A stretch of DNA of 32,000 nucleotides from Schaalia meyeri (GCF_900105015.1 NZ_FNLK01000010.1:209346-241345), one strand, 5' to 3'; counted from the stretch's first letter, positions 17,470 through 26,715 are shown. Notes: a model not told the origin generated them from the sequence alone. Program-made: numbers and translations.

Positions 17470-17901
17470 ATGGCACCGAAGAAGAAGGTCACCGGCCTGA
17501 TCAAGCTTCAGATCGCAGCCGGCGCCGCCACCCCCGCTCCGCCTGTCGGCCCCGCGCTGGGCCAGCACGGCGTGAACATCGTCGAGTTCACCAAGGCGTA
17601 CAACGCGGCCACCGAGTCTCAGCGTGGGAACATCGTCCCCGTCGAGATCACCGTCTACGAGGATCGTTCCTTCACGTTCGTCCTCAAGACGCCGCCCGCC
17701 GCCGAGCTCATCAAGAAGGCCGCTGGCATCCAGAAGGGTTCCGGCACGCCCAACACCGTCAAGGTTGGTTCGATCACCATGGACCAGGCCCGCGAGATCG
17801 GCCAGTCTAAGATGGCCGACCTCAACGCCAACGACGTCGAGGCCGCCGCCAAGATCGTCGCCGGTACCGCCCGCTCCATGGGCATCACCGTCGAAGGCTG
17901 A
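17470..17901 (+). CDS. rplK: 50S ribosomal protein L11
   Basis: Canonical N-terminus [37 protein letters not shown]. The track ORF start at 17380 is an upstream extension. Confidence 0.95.
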   Translation: MAPKKKVTGLIKLQIAAGAATPAPPVGPALGQHGVNIVEFTKAYNAATESQRGNIVPVEITVYEDRSFTFVLKTPPAAELIKKAAGIQKGSGTPNTVKVGSITMDQAREIGQSKMADLNANDVEAAAKIVAGTARSMGITVEG

Positions 17902-17968
17902 CACCAACCGACCCCCGTGGTAGGGCAGGCGCTGCCCGACACCCACGACTGCAAGGAGAAGAAGCAGA

Positions 17969-18676
17969 ATGACCAAGCGCTCCAAGAGCTACCGCGCAGC
18001 CGCCGAGAAGGTCCACGCGGACGTGCTGTACACCCCCTTCGAGGCCATGAAGCTGGCCAAGGAGACCACCGTCACCAAGTTCGATTCGACCGTTGAGGTC
18101 GTTTTCCGACTGGGTGTCGATCCCCGCCAGGCGGACCAGATGGTCCGTGGCACCGTTTCCCTGCCGCACGGCACCGGCAAGACCGCCCGGGTCTTGGTCT
18201 TTGCCGCTGGTCCGCGCGCGCAGGACGCCATCGACGCGGGCGCCGACGAGGTCGGCGGCGACGAGCTCATCGAGAAGGTTGCCAAGGGCTACACCGACTT
18301 CGATGTCGCCGTCGCCACGCCCGACCTGATGGGTAAGGTTGGCCGCCTGGGCCGCGTCCTCGGCCCCCGTGGCCTCATGCCGAACCCCAAGACGGGCACC
18401 GTGACCATGGACGTCGCGAAGGCTATCAAGGAGATCAAGGGTGGTCGCATCGAGTTCCGCGTCGATAAGCACGCCAACCTGGCGTTCATCGTCGGCAAGG
18501 CCTCTTTTACGGCCGAGCAGCTGACCGAAAACTACGCCGCCGTCCTGGACGAGGTTCTGCGCATGAAGCCGACCTCCTCCAAGGGCCGCTACCTGATCAA
18601 GGGCGCCGTCGCCACGACGATGGGCCCCGGCATCCCCCTGGATGTCACCAAGGTCAAGGACCTGCTGGACAAGTAA
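17969..18676 (+). CDS. rplA: 50S ribosomal protein L1
   Basis: [15 protein letters not shown]..., and [11 protein letters not shown] is the typical L1 signature. AAGGAG RBS. Confidence 0.95.
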   Translation: MTKRSKSYRAAAEKVHADVLYTPFEAMKLAKETTVTKFDSTVEVVFRLGVDPRQADQMVRGTVSLPHGTGKTARVLVFAAGPRAQDAIDAGADEVGGDELIEKVAKGYTDFDVAVATPDLMGKVGRLGRVLGPRGLMPNPKTGTVTMDVAKAIKEIKGGRIEFRVDKHANLAFIVGKASFTAEQLTENYAAVLDEVLRMKPTSSKGRYLIKGAVATTMGPGIPLDVTKVKDLLDK

Positions 18677-18700
18677 GCCCAACTCGCTGGCGAAGCGATT

Positions 18701-18742
18701 CGGGTCCCCGTGCGGCGTTGCTGCACGGGGACCCGCTCTTTA
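18701..18742 (+). terminator. Intrinsic terminator after rplA
   Basis: 13-bp stem CGGGTCCCCGTGC / GCACGGGGACCCG, 9-nt loop, tail CTCTTTA. Confidence 0.65.
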
Positions 18743-18855
18743 CGCAAGCGGCCCGAGACGTGAGCAAATCGTAGGTCGTAGGTCACGCTTTATGTAGTCC
18801 TTATAGGGTACCCTTACCTTGATTCCAGTTACCTTATGCTCGCGAAAGGCTGCTC

Positions 18856-19455
18856 ATGTCTCAGGTCGCTGGCTCGGGCGTCACCAAGGCGCGCTCAGTC
18901 GTCACCATCGGCGCATTCACCGCCGTTTACTTCGTTCTCCTGTGGTGCTCGGGAATGCTCGGCTTCTTCGGTCCGGCGTTCATGTTCGTCGGCGGTGTGG
19001 TGGGCTTACTGCTCAACGCTTCGGTTGTCATGCTCATGCTGGTGCGCTCGCGCATGTTCGGGACCCTCACGATCATGGGGGGCATCGTCGCCTTCCTGAT
19101 GGTCCTCACCGGCCATGCGTGGGTCACCCTGCCGGTTGCCCTCGTTCTCGGTTTCCTGGGCGACCTCATCGCCCGCAGCGGAGGGTATGTGTCGGCGTCT
19201 CGCAACATCGCGGCATACATGCTGTTCTCACTGTGGGGAATCGCTCCGCTTGCGCCCATATTCTTCAGTCCCAACGCCTACTTCGCCGACATCGCCACGT
19301 CGATGGGACAAGACTACGCCGACGGTATGCGTGCGCTCTTTAGCCCCACCGTGATCTGCGTGTGGGCCGTCGTCTCGCTAATTGTTGCGTGCGTCGGTGG
19401 CCTCATCGGTCGCTTCCTGCTGCGCAAACACTTCGCAAAGGCCGGGGTTGCCTGA
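18856..19455 (+). CDS. Putative ECF transporter S component, MptD / Trep_Strep (TIGR02185-like) family
   Basis: 199 aa, about 6 TM. Pattern TIGAFTAVYFV...LTGH...GDLIARSGGY...DYADGM... and a basic C-terminal motif LLRKHFAKAGV, as I recall for this family. Directly followed by EcfT and ECF-type ATPase genes. Confidence 0.65.
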   Translation: MSQVAGSGVTKARSVVTIGAFTAVYFVLLWCSGMLGFFGPAFMFVGGVVGLLLNASVVMLMLVRSRMFGTLTIMGGIVAFLMVLTGHAWVTLPVALVLGFLGDLIARSGGYVSASRNIAAYMLFSLWGIAPLAPIFFSPNAYFADIATSMGQDYADGMRALFSPTVICVWAVVSLIVACVGGLIGRFLLRKHFAKAGVA

Positions 19456-19459
19456 GATC

Positions 19460-20224
19460 GTGATCGCCGATGCCACCCCCGGTGAATCGTTGAGCAGGCT
19501 AGATCCGCGTACGAAACTCCTCGCTCTGCTCGTATTCAACGCGCTCGTCATGCGCTCTGGTCCCGTCACGACTCTCCTCGCAGTGCAGATTCTCGCCGTG
19601 GCCGCGCTCGCGTGGGAGGTCAGCAGCAGGTCCGCGCTGCGTGTGGTCGCCAGCTGCCTTGCATTCGACGCGATCAGCCTGGGGTCCCCTGCCCTGCTCG
19701 CCTGGGTGCAGTCGGCTTCCTGGCCTCGGGGCGTGGCGCTCACGATCGGCACCTTCTCCGCCATCGCCTACTGGTTCGCGCGCTTTGGCGCGGGCCTCGG
19801 CCTGGCCCTCTACGTGTACCACACGACGCGGATCGGCCAGATGAAGGCTGCGCTGCGAGCCGCCCACCTGCCGCGCCCCTTCGTCGACGCCCTCGTCGTT
19901 GCCTTCCGCGTGATCCCCGCCGTCGGCGCCGAGGCCTCTGCCATCCGCGACGCGATGGAGATGCGCGGGGTCGACCTGGGGCTGCGCGGCGTGCTCCGCC
20001 ACCCGATCGTGATAGCCGAGCGCTTCCTCGTTCCCCTGCTGTCCTCCATCGCGCGCGTCGCCGACGACCTGGCGGCCGCCAGCGTGATCCGAGGCCTGGG
20101 CGGTCCCACGCGCCCAACATCCCTGACCCGGTTGCGCGCCACGGCGTGGGACGGCCTCGCCCTGTCTCTCGTGGGCGCCGCCTTGGCGCTTGAGATCCTC
20201 TGCTACCGAGGGGTGCTCCCGTGA
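19460..20224 (+). CDS. ecfT: ECF transporter transmembrane (T) component, EcfT/CbiQ family
   Basis: Polytopic protein beginning LDPRTKLL, with coupling-helix motif AIRDAMEMRGV (the A-x-x-x-R-G type). Start is uncertain: GTG 19460, TTG 19448, or the track start 19382, which would overlap the S gene. Confidence 0.7.
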   Translation: MIADATPGESLSRLDPRTKLLALLVFNALVMRSGPVTTLLAVQILAVAALAWEVSSRSALRVVASCLAFDAISLGSPALLAWVQSASWPRGVALTIGTFSAIAYWFARFGAGLGLALYVYHTTRIGQMKAALRAAHLPRPFVDALVVAFRVIPAVGAEASAIRDAMEMRGVDLGLRGVLRHPIVIAERFLVPLLSSIARVADDLAAASVIRGLGGPTRPTSLTRLRATAWDGLALSLVGAALALEILCYRGVLP

Positions 20225-21681
20225 TCGACGTCGAATCCCTATCCTTTTCCTACGTGAGCGAGCTGACCGGCAGTCGCGTCGACGCCCTGACCGGCGTGGA
20301 TCTGTCGGCCAGGCCGGGGTCCCTCACGCTCGTGTGCGGAGCGTCGGGGTGCGGAAAGTCGACGCTCGTCAAGGCCCTGACCGGGCTGGTTCCCCAGATG
20401 AGCCCCGGCGAGATCGGCGGAACGGTGAGGGTGAGTGGGCGAGACCTCGCCGAGGTACCCCTGACCGAGGTCGGATACCTGTGCTCCGCGGTGTTCCAAA
20501 ACCCGCGCACCCAGTTCTTTAGCGAGACGGTATCCGAGGAACTGGCCTTTTGCGGCGAAAACTACGGTCGCGATCCCGCCCGCCTGCGCGAGGACGGCCA
20601 GCGCGCCGCGACCCTCATGGGCATCACACACCTGATGGGCCGCAAGCTCGCCACCCTCTCCGGCGGGCAGCTCCAAAAGGTCGCCCTCGCCTGCGCACTC
20701 GCCTCCGGCGCACCCATCCTGCTGGCGGACGAGCCGACCTCGAACCTGGACGGACGCGCCATTGCCGACGTCACAGAGGCGCTCGGAATCCTGAAGAAGC
20801 AGGGGATGACGATCGTCGTCGTCGAACACAGGCTCCACTTCCTGCGCGGCCTGGCCGACCAGGTCCTCCTCGTAGAGGGCGGGGCCGTGACGCGCCGCTG
20901 GAGCGGGGAAGAGTTCTTTGCGATGGACGAGGAAACGCGGAACTCCCTCGGACTGCGCGCCCTCGTCGACCCGGGGCCACCCCGGGCAGCCATGCCCGGG
21001 GTGGCCCCGAGGGCGGAAACCGCGTCGAGGGAGGGGCCGCCCCGCCTCGCGTGCGAGAATCTGAGCTTTTCCTACGGGGGCACCCCCGTCTTTGAGGGGC
21101 TCAACGCCGACTTCCCGGCCGGAAGTATCACCTGCATCGCGGGAGCGAACGGTGTCGGCAAAACGACCCTGGTACGCGTGCTGTGCGGGCTGGCGAAACC
21201 GAGCGGTGGCACGATCAGCATCGACGGGGTCGCCGCTTCGCGACGGGTGCGGCGCGGCGCGTGCGCGCTGGTCATGCAGGACACCGGTCGCCAGCTCTTC
21301 TCCGACACCCTCGCGGGGGAACTCACGATCGGGGCCTCGCAGGCCCATGGAGAGGACGGGGAACGGCTCCTGGCGGACTTCGACCTGGCCAACCTGGGAG
21401 ACCGCCACCCGCTGAGCCTGTCCGGCGGGCAAAAACAACGCCTCGTCATCGCCGCCGCCCGCGCCACGGGCAGGCCCATCGTCATCCTCGACGAACCCAC
21501 CTCGGGCGTGGACGCCAGGCACCTGCACTCCATCGTCGACACCCTGCGACGCATCGCCCGCGAAGGAGCCGCCGTCATCGTCGTCACGCACGACGGCGAA
21601 TTCGCCTCGGCCTGTGCCGACCGACTCATCACACTGACACCGACGGGCGCCGGACGTGCCCGCGAAGGAGGCAGCCAATGA
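20221..21681 (+). CDS. Fused ECF-type ABC ATPase (EcfA-EcfA' duplicated NBD)
   Basis: Two NBDs. The first has GASGCGKST / LSGGQLQKVALACAL / LLADEPTSNLD. The second has GANGVGKTT / LSGGQKQRLVIAAA / VILDEPTSGVD. GTGA overlap with ecfT. Confidence 0.85.
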   Translation: MIDVESLSFSYVSELTGSRVDALTGVDLSARPGSLTLVCGASGCGKSTLVKALTGLVPQMSPGEIGGTVRVSGRDLAEVPLTEVGYLCSAVFQNPRTQFFSETVSEELAFCGENYGRDPARLREDGQRAATLMGITHLMGRKLATLSGGQLQKVALACALASGAPILLADEPTSNLDGRAIADVTEALGILKKQGMTIVVVEHRLHFLRGLADQVLLVEGGAVTRRWSGEEFFAMDEETRNSLGLRALVDPGPPRAAMPGVAPRAETASREGPPRLACENLSFSYGGTPVFEGLNADFPAGSITCIAGANGVGKTTLVRVLCGLAKPSGGTISIDGVAASRRVRRGACALVMQDTGRQLFSDTLAGELTIGASQAHGEDGERLLADFDLANLGDRHPLSLSGGQKQRLVIAAARATGRPIVILDEPTSGVDARHLHSIVDTLRRIAREGAAVIVVTHDGEFASACADRLITLTPTGAGRAREGGSQ

Positions 21682-23495
21682 ACACCACCGACCACGGAGC
21701 GGACGAGCGCGACGCGGGACAAGACTCGTCCCACGCGGACCCCGCGCCCCCCGACTCGCGCGAGGCCCACCGGGCGGGGCAGCGGGCCTTCAAAGAACTC
21801 ACCGCACCGATCCGCCTGCCCATGACCATCGCACGGGTCCTCGGCGTCGTGTACGGCGCGCTCGCCGTCGTCCCCTACGTGATCCTCGTCCAGCTCGGCG
21901 ACGTGCTGCTTCGCGCCGCCCATCTGGGGGTCGCCCCCGAGAAGGGCACGGTCATGGACCTGCTCATGTGGCTCACCGGGGCCTTCACAGTGCGCTACGG
22001 CGTTTACTTCGTGGCCCTGACCACCACGCACCTCGCGGATGTGCGCTTCGGGCACATCGTGCGCAGTCGAATGGTTAAGGTCCTCGCCTCCGCGCCCCTC
22101 GCCTGGTTCACCGCCACGAACTCCGGCGCCGTGCGCAAGGCCATCCAGGATGACACCCACGACGTCCATACCGTCATCGCCCACGCGCCCGTCGAAGCCA
22201 GCGCGGCCGTCAGCGCCCCGCTCTCTCTGCTGATCTACTCCTTCATCGTGGACTGGCGGCTCGGGCTGCTGGCGATCGCCACGCTGCCCATCTTCGGCAT
22301 CATCAACGCGTGGATGATGCGAGATATGGGTGAGAAGACCGCCGAAATGGACCGACACCTCACGCGCGTGTCGGCCACCATGGTTGAATTCGTCTCCGGC
22401 ATCAGCGTCGTCAAAGCCTTCGGCACGGTCGGGCGCGCGCACCGGCGCTTCACGGACGCCGCCCAGGACTTCGCCCACTTCTACCTCGCCTGGTGCGGTC
22501 CCCTCCTGAAGGGGTCCGCGCTGGGCCAGGCCGCGGTCTCACCCTCGCTCATCCTCCTCATCTCCACGGCGGGCGGCACGGCGCTCGCGGCCGCCGGCGT
22601 GGTCAGCCCCGTCCAAGTCGTTACCTGCGCGATCATCGCCCTGGTCATCCCGGCCGCGATCGAGGTGCTGGGCGCCACCGCATGGTCCTACCAGATCGCC
22701 GGGGCGTCCGCCCTGCGCATCGTTAACCTGCTGTCGGTGCCACCGCTGCCCTCCGGCGGCAACGAGGAGCCGCGGGGGAGCGACATCGACATCGAAGCGG
22801 TGTCCTTCTCCTACGGACCCACGCTCGCCCTCGACAACGTGAACCTGTCCGTCCCCGCCGGGAGCATCACCGCCCTCGTCGGCCCCTCCGGATCGGGAAA
22901 GTCCACGCTGGCCACGCTGGTCGCGCGCTTCGCCGACCCTGACCGGGGGAGCGTGCGTATCGGCGGCGTTGACGTGCGAGACATCGCCCCGGACGTGCTC
23001 TACCGGCACGTCTCCTTCGTCCTGCAGGACCCGCAGCTGCTGGATATCTCCATCCGGGATAACATCGCGCTCGGAGCCGCCGACGTCAGCGACGACGCCG
23101 TGTGGGAGGCGGCCGCCGACGCCCGGATCGACGACTATATTCGGTCCCTGCCCAATTCCCTCGACTCGATTGTCGGACGGGACGCCCACCCCTCGGGCGG
23201 GCAGGCCCAGCGAATCGCCATCGCCCGGGCACTGCTGGTCGGTGCCCCCGTCCTCGTGCTCGACGAGGCCACCGCGTTCACCGACCCCGAAGCAGAGGCC
23301 GACATTCAGCAGGCCCTCACGCGACTCGTCCAAGGAAAGACCGTCCTGGTCATCGCTCACCGCGTAGCCTCGATCATCGGCGTCGACCAGATCGCGATCC
23401 TCGAGGGCGGCCGCATCAGCGCGTGCGGCACCCCCGACCAGGTTGCCGACCACCCGTACATGCAGCGCATGAGTACGTCAACGAAAGGACGCTAA
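21678..23495 (+). CDS. ABC half-transporter (N-terminal 6-TM domain plus C-terminal NBD), exporter-fold type, subunit 1
   Basis: TMD followed by GPSGSGKST, PSGGQAQRIAIARAL, VLVLDEATAFTD and VIAHR. ATGA overlap with the ECF ATPase. The track ORF from 21183 is an artefactual upstream extension. Confidence 0.85.
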   Translation: MNTTDHGADERDAGQDSSHADPAPPDSREAHRAGQRAFKELTAPIRLPMTIARVLGVVYGALAVVPYVILVQLGDVLLRAAHLGVAPEKGTVMDLLMWLTGAFTVRYGVYFVALTTTHLADVRFGHIVRSRMVKVLASAPLAWFTATNSGAVRKAIQDDTHDVHTVIAHAPVEASAAVSAPLSLLIYSFIVDWRLGLLAIATLPIFGIINAWMMRDMGEKTAEMDRHLTRVSATMVEFVSGISVVKAFGTVGRAHRRFTDAAQDFAHFYLAWCGPLLKGSALGQAAVSPSLILLISTAGGTALAAAGVVSPVQVVTCAIIALVIPAAIEVLGATAWSYQIAGASALRIVNLLSVPPLPSGGNEEPRGSDIDIEAVSFSYGPTLALDNVNLSVPAGSITALVGPSGSGKSTLATLVARFADPDRGSVRIGGVDVRDIAPDVLYRHVSFVLQDPQLLDISIRDNIALGAADVSDDAVWEAAADARIDDYIRSLPNSLDSIVGRDAHPSGGQAQRIAIARALLVGAPVLVLDEATAFTDPEAEADIQQALTRLVQGKTVLVIAHRVASIIGVDQIAILEGGRISACGTPDQVADHPYMQRMSTSTKGR

Positions 23496-23496
23496 C

Positions 23497-25260
23497 ATGT
23501 TCGGCATTCTCTCCCGACTGCGCGAGCCGTTATCCCGCGAGGGGCGCGCCAGCTTCGCGCAGACAACCGTCCTCTCCTGCATCGTCGGCGTCATCCGCGG
23601 GCTCTCGCTCGTCGCCTTCATTCCCGCCGCGATCGCGCTCACCTCGTCGGGTCCGGCGTGGGGCCTCAGCCTGCGCGCGTGGATCGTTGTCCTCGCGCTT
23701 TGCGCCGTGGCCTCGTTCATCGTGGAGTACCTGCTCGCCATAACTTCCTACTCGGTGGCCTTCGACTTCCTGACCAACATGCATCGCGCCATCGGCGACA
23801 AGGTCGCGTCCCTGCCGCTCGGCTCCTTCAGACCCGACACGGCCGGCAAGACATCGCGCCTCGTGTCCCGCGAACTCATGGTGCTCGGCGAGGTCTTCGC
23901 GCACATGTACTCGCCCTTCGTGGCCTCCATCCTGACCTCGCTGACGATGCTCGTCGGCATCACCGTGTTCTCCCCTCTCCTCGGGCTGGCGTGCCTGGCC
24001 GCCATCCCGATCATCATCGGTGGCCTGTACGTCTCCCGATACTTCCTTCGCGCGGGCACCGCCATCGAGGAACCTCCCGCCAGGGAGCTCTCGCACCGCA
24101 TCGTCGAGTTCGCGACCAAGCAGGGGGCTCTCCGGGCGTGCGGGCGCTCCGCCACCTTCGAACCCCTCCAGCACGCGGAAGATACCTACGGGGCCGCGGC
24201 CCGCCGCAGCCTCATCCGTTCGACGATCGGCCAGATCATTAATGGGATGGCAGCGCAAGTGGTCGTTGTCGCCCTCATCTGCGCGATAGCCCTGCTGGCG
24301 GTGGGGGGCCGCGTCGGTGCCGTCGAGGCGATCGTCGCCATCGGCCTCCTCCTGCGCTTCACCCAGGTCCTCGTCGATGTCGGCATGCTCGCCTCGGCCT
24401 TCGAGATCAAGCGCCCGGTCCTGAACCTCAGCCACGAGATTCTCTCCGCGCCCGAGCTGCCATCCCCCGACGAAGGCGAGAGCTACCGACTGCCGCCCGG
24501 CACGTCCGGCGCGACCGTGGCCCTGGAGGACGTGTCCTTCTCCTACCAGGCCGACCACCCCGTCCTGCGCGGCGTGAGCTTTCAAGTCGAACCCGGCACG
24601 ATGACCGCGATCGTCGGACCGTCGGGGTGTGGAAAGACGACCATCGCTCGCCTCGTCGCCCGCTTCTATGACGTCGATTCCGGCAGCGTGCGCGTCGGGG
24701 GAGGAGACGTGCGCGAGTGGTCGACGCCCGACCTTATGGCCCAGCTCTCCCTCGTATTCCAAGACGTCTACCTCTTCGATGACACCCTCGAGGCAAACGT
24801 GCGCGTCGGACGGGCCGATGCGAGCGAAGTCGACGTCAGGGAAGCCGCCCGCCTCAGCGGAGTCGACGAGATCGTCGCGCGCCTGCCCCTCGGGTGGGAC
24901 ACTCCCGTCGGCGAGGCCGGGCGAGCCCTGTCCGGAGGCGAACGCCAGCGCGTCTCGATTGCTCGCGCCCTCCTCAAGGCCGCGCCCATCGTCCTCTTCG
25001 ACGAGGCCACCAGCGCCCTCGACCCAGATAACGAAAGCCATATCACCGACGCCATGGACGCGCTGCGGCGCGACGCGACCCTGATCGTCATCGCACACAA
25101 ACTGGACACCATCACGGCGGCCGACCAGATCGTCGTCCTCGACGAATCCGGGACCGTCGCCCAGATCGGCACTCACGAGCAGCTGCACGCGGAAGCCGAC
25201 GGGCAATACCGGGCGTTCTGGGACGCCAGGACCAGGGCAACCGGCTGGCGAATCGTCTGA
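23497..25260 (+). CDS. ABC half-transporter (TMD-NBD), exporter-fold type, subunit 2
   Basis: TMD followed by GPSGCGKTT, LSGGERQRVSIARAL, IVLFDEATSALD and VIAHK. The start is 1 nt after the upstream TAA, with a GAAAGGA RBS. Confidence 0.85.
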   Translation: MFGILSRLREPLSREGRASFAQTTVLSCIVGVIRGLSLVAFIPAAIALTSSGPAWGLSLRAWIVVLALCAVASFIVEYLLAITSYSVAFDFLTNMHRAIGDKVASLPLGSFRPDTAGKTSRLVSRELMVLGEVFAHMYSPFVASILTSLTMLVGITVFSPLLGLACLAAIPIIIGGLYVSRYFLRAGTAIEEPPARELSHRIVEFATKQGALRACGRSATFEPLQHAEDTYGAAARRSLIRSTIGQIINGMAAQVVVVALICAIALLAVGGRVGAVEAIVAIGLLLRFTQVLVDVGMLASAFEIKRPVLNLSHEILSAPELPSPDEGESYRLPPGTSGATVALEDVSFSYQADHPVLRGVSFQVEPGTMTAIVGPSGCGKTTIARLVARFYDVDSGSVRVGGGDVREWSTPDLMAQLSLVFQDVYLFDDTLEANVRVGRADASEVDVREAARLSGVDEIVARLPLGWDTPVGEAGRALSGGERQRVSIARALLKAAPIVLFDEATSALDPDNESHITDAMDALRRDATLIVIAHKLDTITAADQIVVLDESGTVAQIGTHEQLHAEADGQYRAFWDARTRATGWRIV

Positions 25261-25275
25261 GGCAACACGCGCGAA

Positions 25276-25317
25276 GGCCGTGGCCGGATGGCGCTCCTGT
25301 GCGCACCGGCCACGGCC
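25276..25317 (+). terminator. GC-rich hairpin after the transporter module (terminator candidate without U-tail)
   Basis: 12-bp perfect stem GGCCGTGGCCGG / CCGGCCACGGCC with an 18-nt loop. No T-run follows. Confidence 0.4.
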
Positions 25318-25320
25318 CGC

Positions 25321-25522
25321 TCTGTGAAACGTACCCCGTTGCTTGCGCGGCGATGTCCCGGCTGCTAACCTGATCCGTGCCGAAGACCGTTGGTGTCCAC
25401 GCTAGTGGAGGAAAATCCAGCGCAGGTGAGTGAGCCGCCCCGCGGCATTCGAGCACATGCCCGACACGATCCTGCGTGTCGGGTTTTTTCTTGCCTGCGG
25501 TCACGTAACTGGAAGGAGGACC
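25321..25522 (+). promoter_or_regulatory. rplJ 5' leader (L10-leader-like) containing an intrinsic-terminator-like attenuator at 25460-25489
   Basis: 9-bp stem CCCGACACG / CGTGTCGGG, 6-nt loop, then TTTTTT, ending 33 nt before the rplJ ATG. The position matches the autoregulatory L10(L12)4 leader known upstream of rplJ. The leader fold itself was not verified. Confidence 0.5.
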
Positions 25523-26044
25523 ATGGCGAAGTCCGACAAGGTGGCAGCAGTCGCCGAGCTCGTGGAGCGTTTCCGCGCAGCCGACGCTGTCCTGCTGACC
25601 GAGTACCGCGGCCTGACCGTCGGCCAGCTGAAGCAGCTGCGTCGCGGCCTGGGCGAAAACGCGACCTACGCCGTGGCAAAGAACACGCTGGCGCGGCTGG
25701 CGGCCAAGGAGGTCGGCCTCGACTTCCTGGCTGAGGACCTCAAGGGTCCCACGGCCATCGCTTTCGTCTCCGGCGAGCCCGTTGAGGCTGCCAAGACACT
25801 GCGTGATTTTGCTAAGGACAACCCCGCCCTCGTGCTGAAGTCCGGCGCGATGGACGGCGCTCCCCTGAGCGTCGAGGCTGTCAAGAAGCTTGCCGATCTG
25901 GAATCCCGCGAGGTCCTGCTGGCCAAGGCCGCAGGCGTCCTCAAGGCCAAGATTGGTCAGGCGGCGTTCGCATTCAACGCTCTGCCCGTCAAGGCAGTGC
26001 GCACCATCGATGCTCTGCGCGACAAGCAGAGCGAAGCGGCCTGA
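25523..26044 (+). CDS. rplJ: 50S ribosomal protein L10
   Basis: MAKSDKVAAVAELVERFRAADAVLLTEYRGLTVGQL is a canonical L10 N-terminus. GGAAGGAGGA RBS. The track start at 25430 is an upstream extension. Confidence 0.95.
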   Translation: MAKSDKVAAVAELVERFRAADAVLLTEYRGLTVGQLKQLRRGLGENATYAVAKNTLARLAAKEVGLDFLAEDLKGPTAIAFVSGEPVEAAKTLRDFAKDNPALVLKSGAMDGAPLSVEAVKKLADLESREVLLAKAAGVLKAKIGQAAFAFNALPVKAVRTIDALRDKQSEAA

Positions 26045-26136
26045 CGAGACAGGCCATGTTTCACGATCCCACCCGGGCCGCGTGAAACACCCCAACATTC
26101 TGCACTCGTGCAGGCCAATCAGGAAGGATGCCACTC

Positions 26137-26517
26137 ATGGCTAAGCTCTCCAATGACGAGCTCATCGCAGCTTTCAAGGAAATGACCCTCATCGAGCTCT
26201 CCGACTTCGTGAAGCTCTTCGAGGAGACCTTCGACGTTGAGGCCGCTGCCCCCGCAGCCGTCGCCGTTGCCGCCCCGGCCGCCGACGCCCCCGCCGCCGA
26301 AGAGAAGGACGAGTTCGAGGTCGTCCTCGAGTCCGCCGGTGACAAGAAGATCGCCGTCGTCAAGGTCGTCAAGAACCTGGCCGGCCTGGGCCTGAAGGAA
26401 GCCAAGGATCTGGTTGACTCCGCGCCCTCCACCATCTTCCCCGCCGCGAAGAAGGAAGACGCCGAGAAGGCCAAGGCTGAGATCGAAGAGGCCGGCGGCA
26501 AGGTCACCCTTAAGTGA
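26137..26517 (+). CDS. rplL: 50S ribosomal protein L7/L12
   Basis: [26 protein letters not shown], an Ala/Pro hinge, and the C-terminal domain [35 protein letters not shown]. Confidence 0.95.
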   Translation: MAKLSNDELIAAFKEMTLIELSDFVKLFEETFDVEAAAPAAVAVAAPAADAPAAEEKDEFEVVLESAGDKKIAVVKVVKNLAGLGLKEAKDLVDSAPSTIFPAAKKEDAEKAKAEIEEAGGKVTLK

Positions 26518-26564
26518 CCGTCCCGGTCTGATTCGTTCCGACTTCCACCCACTGGGTGGGCGAA

Positions 26565-26596
26565 CCCCGTCCCGCATCTGCAGGACGGGGTTTGTG
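26565..26596 (+). terminator. Intrinsic terminator after rplL
   Basis: Stem CCCCGTCC / GGACGGGG (26565-26572 / 26583-26590) followed by TTTGTGCTT. Confidence 0.6.
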
Positions 26597-26642
26597 CTTG
26601 CCACGCTGCCTGCTTGCTGCTCTTTTGTGTCCGTGGGCGGTG

Positions 26643-26715
26643 GCCCGCCCGCTCGATCGCCACACGCGAGCCTGACGGCTCGGAGTGATCGATCTCGAAG
26701 CCCGGCCAGGCCCCG
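26643..26715. repeat. 73-bp direct repeat, copy A (70/73 identical to 27858-27930)
   Basis: Aligned by eye: GCCCGCCCGCTCGATCGCCACACGCGAGCCTG(A/T)CGGCTCGGAGTG(A/C)TCG(A/C)TCTCGAAGCCCGGCCAGGCCCCG. Confidence 0.85.

Noticed and set aside
18765-18825. Possible IdeR/DtxR iron box or Fur box upstream of the ECF/ABC module, prompted by the mpt-iron analogy.
   Set aside because: TAGGTCGTAGGTCACGC and TTATAGGGTACCCTTACCTT share only short TAGG fragments with the 19-bp TTAGGTTAGCCTAACCTAA consensus and are not palindromic over that length. There is no Fur-like GATAATGATAATCATTATC pattern.
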